This document shows, in pieces, positions 58,987 to 64,000 of a stretch of 64,000 nt of DNA. The notes beneath the pieces are model-generated. The model was not told where the DNA came from and made no database searches. It was given only the letters and a program-made list of their open reading frames with translations. The stretch comes from an uncultured Thermoleophilia bacterium. GTDB taxonomy: Bacteria; Actinomycetota; Thermoleophilia; UBA2241. The DNA lies in the NCBI GenBank assembly GCA_963702475.1, contig CAVPCT010000002.1:32001-96000 (forward strand), read 5' to 3'. Each line of letters starts with the position of its first letter. Position 1 is the stretch's first letter. Both the position numbers and the translations under genes were made by a program.

Positions 58987-61251
58987 ATGTCTGAGAACGG
59001 TTCGAAGCAGGGCGACACGCGTGCGTCGCGAGGACGGCGCGCAACGCGGACGTCGAGAGGCCGGCGCGCGATTGGCGTAGCCCGCGCGGCGTGGCTCGTG
59101 GTGCTGGTCGCGCTGCTGCTGACGGCGGCGGGGGCCTACGGCGCCGCCGCCGCACACGCCGCCAAGCCCCATCTGACGGCCGCCGAGAAGCAGTTCCTCG
59201 CGCAGCTCGACGGCGACTACGCCTGGGAGGTCATGTTCAAGCAGGTGTACGGCTGGGGGGTGCCCAACTTCGACCCCTGGTTCAACCAGACGGTCGGCGG
59301 CACGGCGGCCTCGCAGGCCACCATCGCTGCCCTGGTCGCCGAGATGAAGGCCATCGGCCTGGAACCGGGTTGCGCGGGCGGGCTGTACACGGAGGCGTTC
59401 CCCATCGACGGCTGGGAGGACCTGGGTTCGTCGGCCAAGGTCGTCAGCCCCTATCACTGGACGATCTCGCCGAGTCATCAGGTGTACAAGGGCGTCGGCA
59501 CGGGGCCCGGCGGCGTGACCGCCGAGCTCGTCGACGTGGGCAACGGCCGCTGGGCCGACTTCGAGAAGGCCGGCGACATCAGCGGCAAGATCGTGTTGCT
59601 GCACCGCGCCGACCCGATGTTCTACGGCGGCCCGAGCCTGGCCGAGGCCGAGGCGCGCGGCGCCGTGGGCGCCCTCATGGACTACCCCGTCACCGGCAAG
59701 ACCATCCTCAAGACCGACGAGATCGCCGAGTTCATCCCTACCCTCTACATCCGCCAGATCGAGTGGAACAGGCTGGCCGCCGACCTGCGCGCCCGCAAAA
59801 AGCTCACCGTGAAGCTCGTCGTGGACAACGAGGTGGGCGACTACCCGATGGCGCAGAACGTGGTCGGCATGATCCCCGGAAGCGTGCACCCGGAGGAGTT
59901 CATCTACCTGGGCTGCCACTTCGACCACTGGATCACCTCGGCGGCCGACGACGGCGCCGGCGTGGGCTCGCTGTTCGCCATCGCCAAGGCCTGCAAGGCG
60001 ATGATGGCCAAGGGCTGGCAGCCGCAACGGACGCTCGTGTTCGCGGCCTTCGACTCGGAAGAGCTCGGCGGACCTCCCGACACCTGGTACGACTGGTGCC
60101 TGGGCTCGTTCTCGCACATCGTCGGACGGCTCCCCGGCAGCTCGAACCCGGCGTCGCCGCACTACCTCGAGTGGGACGACGGCGACCTGCTGCCGGCGCT
60201 CCGCGGCGAGCGCGCCGGCAAGATCGTGGCCATGCTCAACATGGACGTCATCGGGGTGCGCGACGCCACCGTGTTCGTCGAGAGCACGCCCGACACCACG
60301 GCCTTCTTCCAGAGGTGCGCCGACGACTCCGGCCTGAGCGCCGTCGCCGAGACCTACGTGTACTGGCCGCCGTCGAGCTACGACGACTGGCAGTTCTACA
60401 TGGCCGGCGTGCCCTGCATGGAGATCGCCTTCTGGGGGCCGGTCTACGACAAGCTCTACCACACCACCGGCGACGTGCCGTCGGTGCTGAGCCGTACGTC
60501 GATCCAGGCCAACATGCGCTTCAACGCGCTCGGGCTGCTCCGCTTCGACAGCTCGGGCATCGTGGGCTACGACCTGCGCGAGAACCTGAACGTGGCGCGC
60601 ACCGGCATCGCGAACCTCCTCAAGAAGGACCCGGAGGTACTCGCCGCCGGGAACGCCGACATCAAGGTCCTCCGGCAGGGCATGGAGGAGTACGTCGCCG
60701 TGCTCGAGGCCAAGGCTGCGGTGCTGAACGCCGAGAAGGTCAGCGCGGCCGAGGCGGCCCGGGTGAACGGCATCCAGATGGCCGCCGCCAAGGCGCTGCT
60801 GCCCAGCCTCTTCGACTGGGACTCCAGCGGCATCCCGGGCTGGACGGGGGCCTTCTCGTTCGACACCTACGCCAACGACCTCGCCAAGCTCGACAAGGCG
60901 ATCACCGCCCTCAAGGCGGGCAAGCGACAGGTCTGCGCCGGCCACCTCGGCGGCGTGACCACGATGGCCTGGGGCCAGTACGTGGGCGCCGAGGCCTACG
61001 GCACGGTGCTCGACCACATCGCCTACAACCCCCACCTGCTGTGGGGCTACGGCTTCATCCCCAAGCTCACCGACGTGCACGCGGAGTACATGAGCCTGAA
61101 GGGACGCGTCGGCGTCGGGACGATGACCGACGCCGAGATCCTCGCCAGTCTGCGGACGAAGCACGACGCGATCTACGGCTCGGTGACGGCCGCCGCGGTC
61201 AAGGCCGGGACGGCCTTCAGTACGGCGGCCGAGGTGCTGCAGGATCTGTGA
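58987..61251 (+). CDS. Secreted M28-family metallopeptidase with PA domain
   Basis: Signal/TM segment, ELVDVG.G, NVVG.IPG, GCHFDH, DDGAG, DSEELG, NMD, YHT..D. Confidence 0.88.
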   Translation: MSENGSKQGDTRASRGRRATRTSRGRRAIGVARAAWLVVLVALLLTAAGAYGAAAAHAAKPHLTAAEKQFLAQLDGDYAWEVMFKQVYGWGVPNFDPWFNQTVGGTAASQATIAALVAEMKAIGLEPGCAGGLYTEAFPIDGWEDLGSSAKVVSPYHWTISPSHQVYKGVGTGPGGVTAELVDVGNGRWADFEKAGDISGKIVLLHRADPMFYGGPSLAEAEARGAVGALMDYPVTGKTILKTDEIAEFIPTLYIRQIEWNRLAADLRARKKLTVKLVVDNEVGDYPMAQNVVGMIPGSVHPEEFIYLGCHFDHWITSAADDGAGVGSLFAIAKACKAMMAKGWQPQRTLVFAAFDSEELGGPPDTWYDWCLGSFSHIVGRLPGSSNPASPHYLEWDDGDLLPALRGERAGKIVAMLNMDVIGVRDATVFVESTPDTTAFFQRCADDSGLSAVAETYVYWPPSSYDDWQFYMAGVPCMEIAFWGPVYDKLYHTTGDVPSVLSRTSIQANMRFNALGLLRFDSSGIVGYDLRENLNVARTGIANLLKKDPEVLAAGNADIKVLRQGMEEYVAVLEAKAAVLNAEKVSAAEAARVNGIQMAAAKALLPSLFDWDSSGIPGWTGAFSFDTYANDLAKLDKAITALKAGKRQVCAGHLGGVTTMAWGQYVGAEAYGTVLDHIAYNPHLLWGYGFIPKLTDVHAEYMSLKGRVGVGTMTDAEILASLRTKHDAIYGSVTAAAVKAGTAFSTAAEVLQDL

Positions 61252-61260
61252 GCGGGGGCG

Positions 61261-61296
61261 GTGAGGGTCGGGGAGCGTAGCCTCCCCGGCCCTCAC
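61261..61296 (+). terminator. Hairpin after the M28 peptidase
   Basis: GTGAGGGTCGGGGAG-CGTAGC-CTCCCCGGCCCTCAC. Confidence 0.5.
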
Positions 61297-61592
61297 GTTC
61301 GCGCGGAGCCGACGGACTGTCAGGCCGAGGCCCCGGCGTCATGCGCCCACCGCGGACGACCCGCATCCTGCGCGTGCGGGTCGCGCTTCACGTTCGAGGC
61401 GACGGAGACTCTGTGAACCCGCCCGCTGATATCTGCGAAGCTCGCGGCGTGCTGCGAGTGCATGACGTGGAGAGGGCCCGCGCTCGGCGCCGGGTCGCCT
61501 CCGGCCGCCCCGCCCGGATACTCTGACGCCGACAGACCGCATCCTCCGACGCGCCGCGCCCCCGCGTGGCCCGTCCGCACGAACGGGGCTCC

Positions 61593-62639
61593 ATGAGCGC
61601 ACGAGAGTCAGACGAGGCAGCCAGGTCGGGCACCGCCGGCACTCCCGGCACTCCCGGCAGCGCCGGCGAGCGGACCGTCGCCTGGCTCCACGATGAGCAT
61701 CTCCATGTCGACGACGAGTGGGCGGTCGAGACGCCGCACGGCTTCACCTGGTGGCCCGACATGCAGGCGCAGACCATCGAGGTCATCGGCCGCGAGCAGG
61801 CCGGGCCCGACGGGCCGGTCGGCCATTTCGTCTCGGTCAAGACCGAGCTGCTGCGCTCGGTCGAACTGGACACGGCCGCAGGGTCGGTGCTGAGCGACGC
61901 GCTCATGCTGTCGTCGGCCATGACCGGCGTCGTGTACGACGAGGCGCGACAGGCGCTCGACCTGCACTCGCTGGTCACGGTGACCGACGAGAACATGTCG
62001 TGGATGCGCAGCCTCCTCGGCGCGGCGGCCATGATGCAGATCGCCGAGGCGCGGGCCATCGCGCCGCAGCTCGCCGGGGCGCTCAACGCAGCGGTCTCGG
62101 GCGGCGGCCACCCGGACAAGGGCCCGCGCCCCGAGCCGGATCCCATCGTCGGCGCGATCTTCGACCTCCTCGTCTCTCCCGGCCAGGAGCCGTGCCGCTG
62201 GACCAAAGAGGAGTTCAAGGAGGCGTTCGAGCAGGGAGTGGACCAGGCCCCCGCGTCCTCGGCGCGCCTCGAGGACAAGGGTGGCTTCGTCGTGCAGGTG
62301 CCGGTGGGCGATGAGTTCACGGTGATCTGCCGCGTGCTCTCCTCGGAGCCGCACCCGCGCTACGGCAACGGGCTGTTCGTGCTGCAGCAGTTCCCGCTGA
62401 CCCCACCGACGGAAGAGGACGGGATCGGGCTCGCGCTCGCGCTCAACGGCCTCGAGCTCGCGCAGCGGCCCTTCGGCTACGGGTTCGGCAGCTACGCCGC
62501 GCGCAAGAAGGACTTCTACTTCCTGTCGTTCCTGCCCAACGCGGTGTACGTCCCCGGCCTGCTGCTCAACATCTACTGGTCATGCGTGCAGCGAGTGCAG
62601 GCGGTGCACGCCGTGCTCACGTCGCAGGGTGAGGAATAG
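61593..62639 (+). CDS. Hypothetical protein
   Basis: 348-aa ORF with host-like codon usage; ends in TAG. Confidence 0.7.
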   Translation: MSARESDEAARSGTAGTPGTPGSAGERTVAWLHDEHLHVDDEWAVETPHGFTWWPDMQAQTIEVIGREQAGPDGPVGHFVSVKTELLRSVELDTAAGSVLSDALMLSSAMTGVVYDEARQALDLHSLVTVTDENMSWMRSLLGAAAMMQIAEARAIAPQLAGALNAAVSGGGHPDKGPRPEPDPIVGAIFDLLVSPGQEPCRWTKEEFKEAFEQGVDQAPASSARLEDKGGFVVQVPVGDEFTVICRVLSSEPHPRYGNGLFVLQQFPLTPPTEEDGIGLALALNGLELAQRPFGYGFGSYAARKKDFYFLSFLPNAVYVPGLLLNIYWSCVQRVQAVHAVLTSQGEE

Positions 62640-62777
62640 CAGGCCAGGTCCATGCAAGCCCCCGAGGTCCTGGCGGACTGTCCGCTCTTCCGTCCCCTGT
62701 GGCCTCTACAGTGGGTGTACGCGGGACTCCGCGGAGCATCGGGCTCCGCGGTAGGGCCGCGCCGGCGAAAGGGGGCT

Positions 62778-62984
62778 GTGGTGGGTGATGTCAACTTCGT
62801 GGCGTTCGACTCCGAGACCGGCAGGCCGACGGCGTCCATCTCAGGATCGCCGGTGGACGTGGCCGACTTCCTCGCCATCTGGATGAAGAACAACGAGGAG
62901 GGTGTGTCGCTCGCACGGCAGTTGGGGGTCGACTTCGGGCGCTCGTTCCCCGGGGCGGGTCCCGACGACGAGGCCGAGGAGTGA
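62778..62984 (+). CDS. Small acidic hypothetical protein
   Basis: AGGGGG RBS before GTG; sits directly upstream of rmuC. Confidence 0.45.
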   Translation: MVGDVNFVAFDSETGRPTASISGSPVDVADFLAIWMKNNEEGVSLARQLGVDFGRSFPGAGPDDEAEE

Positions 62985-62991
62985 AGGCCTG

Positions 62992-64000
62992 GTGAACGCT
63001 GCCGCCCTCTGGCTGCTCGTCGTTCTCGTCCTCGCCGAGGGCGTGCTGCTGGTCGCCCTGTTCGTGCGTTCAGGGCAGGGCGGACGCGGGGCCACGGCCG
63101 ACCTGCGCGCCGAGCTGCGCTCGGCGCGCGAGGAGTCGGCCGCAGCCGCGGCCGCCCAGCGTAGCGAGCTGTCGCGCGGCATCGCCGCGTCCAACGAGAC
63201 CGTGCGGCTCACGCTGACCGGCATGGCCGAGGTGCAGCGCACCCAACTCGACGGGCTCGACAAGCGTCTGCGCGAGCTCAGCGAGTCCAATCAGGCGTCG
63301 CTGAACGTCATCCGTCAGACTGTCGACGTCCGCGTACGGGAGCTCCAGGAGGGCAACGAGAAGAAGCTCGACGAGATGCGCCGCACGGTGGACGAGAGGT
63401 TGCAGTCCACCCTCGAGAGGCGCCTGGGCGAGTCGTTCCAGCTGGTCAGCAGGCAGCTCGAGTCGGTGCAGCAGGGGCTGGGGGAGATGCAGAGCCTCGC
63501 GAGCGGCGTGGGCGACCTCAAGCGAGTGCTCACCAACGTCAAGGCGCGCGGCACGTGGGCAGAGGTCCAACTGGGCGCACTGCTCGACGAGATCCTGGCG
63601 CCGGGCCAGTTCGAGCGCAACGTGCACGTCGAACCCGGCTCCCGCGAGGTCGTCGAGTACGCGGTCAAGCTGCCGGGCCCGAAGGATGAACCCGGCGTCT
63701 GCGTGTGGCTGCCCATCGACTCCAAGCTCCCTCAGGAGGACTACGTGCGCATCCAGGATGCCGCCGACGCCGGCGACGCCGTCGCCACGGAGGCGGCCGC
63801 GGCGGGGCTGGCGCGGGCCGTCCGTCTGGCGGCGCAGGACATCCACACCAAGTACGTCAAGCCGCCGCACACCACCGACTTCGCCATCATGTTCCTGGGC
63901 ACGGAGGGGTTGTACGCCGAGGTGGTGCGCCGGCCGGCGCTGTGCGACGAGCTACAGCACCGGTACCGCATCGTCGTCGCCGGTCCAACGACGCTCGCGG
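62992..64000 (+). CDS. rmuC: DNA recombination protein RmuC (truncated by the window end)
   Basis: Not in the ORF track. Read manually: N-terminal TM, NEKKLDEMRRTVDERLQSTLE.RLGESF, GLGEMQ.LA.GVGDLKRVLTNVK.RGTW.E, LPIDSK.P.EDY, TTDFAIMF. Confidence 0.93.
   Translation, partial: MNAAALWLLVVLVLAEGVLLVALFVRSGQGGRGATADLRAELRSAREESAAAAAAQRSELSRGIAASNETVRLTLTGMAEVQRTQLDGLDKRLRELSESNQASLNVIRQTVDVRVRELQEGNEKKLDEMRRTVDERLQSTLERRLGESFQLVSRQLESVQQGLGEMQSLASGVGDLKRVLTNVKARGTWAEVQLGALLDEILAPGQFERNVHVEPGSREVVEYAVKLPGPKDEPGVCVWLPIDSKLPQEDYVRIQDAADAGDAVATEAAAAGLARAVRLAAQDIHTKYVKPPHTTDFAIMFLGTEGLYAEVVRRPALCDELQHRYRIVVAGPTTLA

Overview
Very GC-rich bacterial chromosomal window, probably an anaerobic or microaerobic actinobacterium (Thermoleophilia-like; this is inference). 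The main result is at 1-15 kb: a corrinoid-dependent N-demethylation locus. It has a dimethylamine methyltransferase (MtbB) gene with an in-frame UAG at the conserved pyrrolysine position (7977-9377, split in two by the ORF track), plus pyrrolysine-free MtmB-like and MttB-like methyltransferases. It also encodes two corrinoid proteins, two APC permeases, a choline-kinase-like enzyme, a metallophosphoesterase, a transketolase and a DeoR regulator, and three of its promoter regions share a GTGTGCGAGT box. No pylTSBCD is visible in the window. Further along are cydAB, tmRNA, a NarL/LiaRS-like two-component and ABC module, a P-type ATPase, a TetR-controlled efflux operon and ppk2. Next come an XRE-ImmA/HD/ARPP-1/macrodomain cluster, a tandem C2H2 zinc-finger microprotein, an orphan Nif11-type RiPP precursor and a fused B12 diol-dehydratase homolog with an altered pocket. 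The window ends with a small TA/conflict island (hicBA, primase-helicase, Cas4-like nuclease, mazEF), an M28 peptidase and rmuC. Four genes carry single indels that may be assembly errors. All family assignments come from motif recognition and remembered reference sequences, not database searches.
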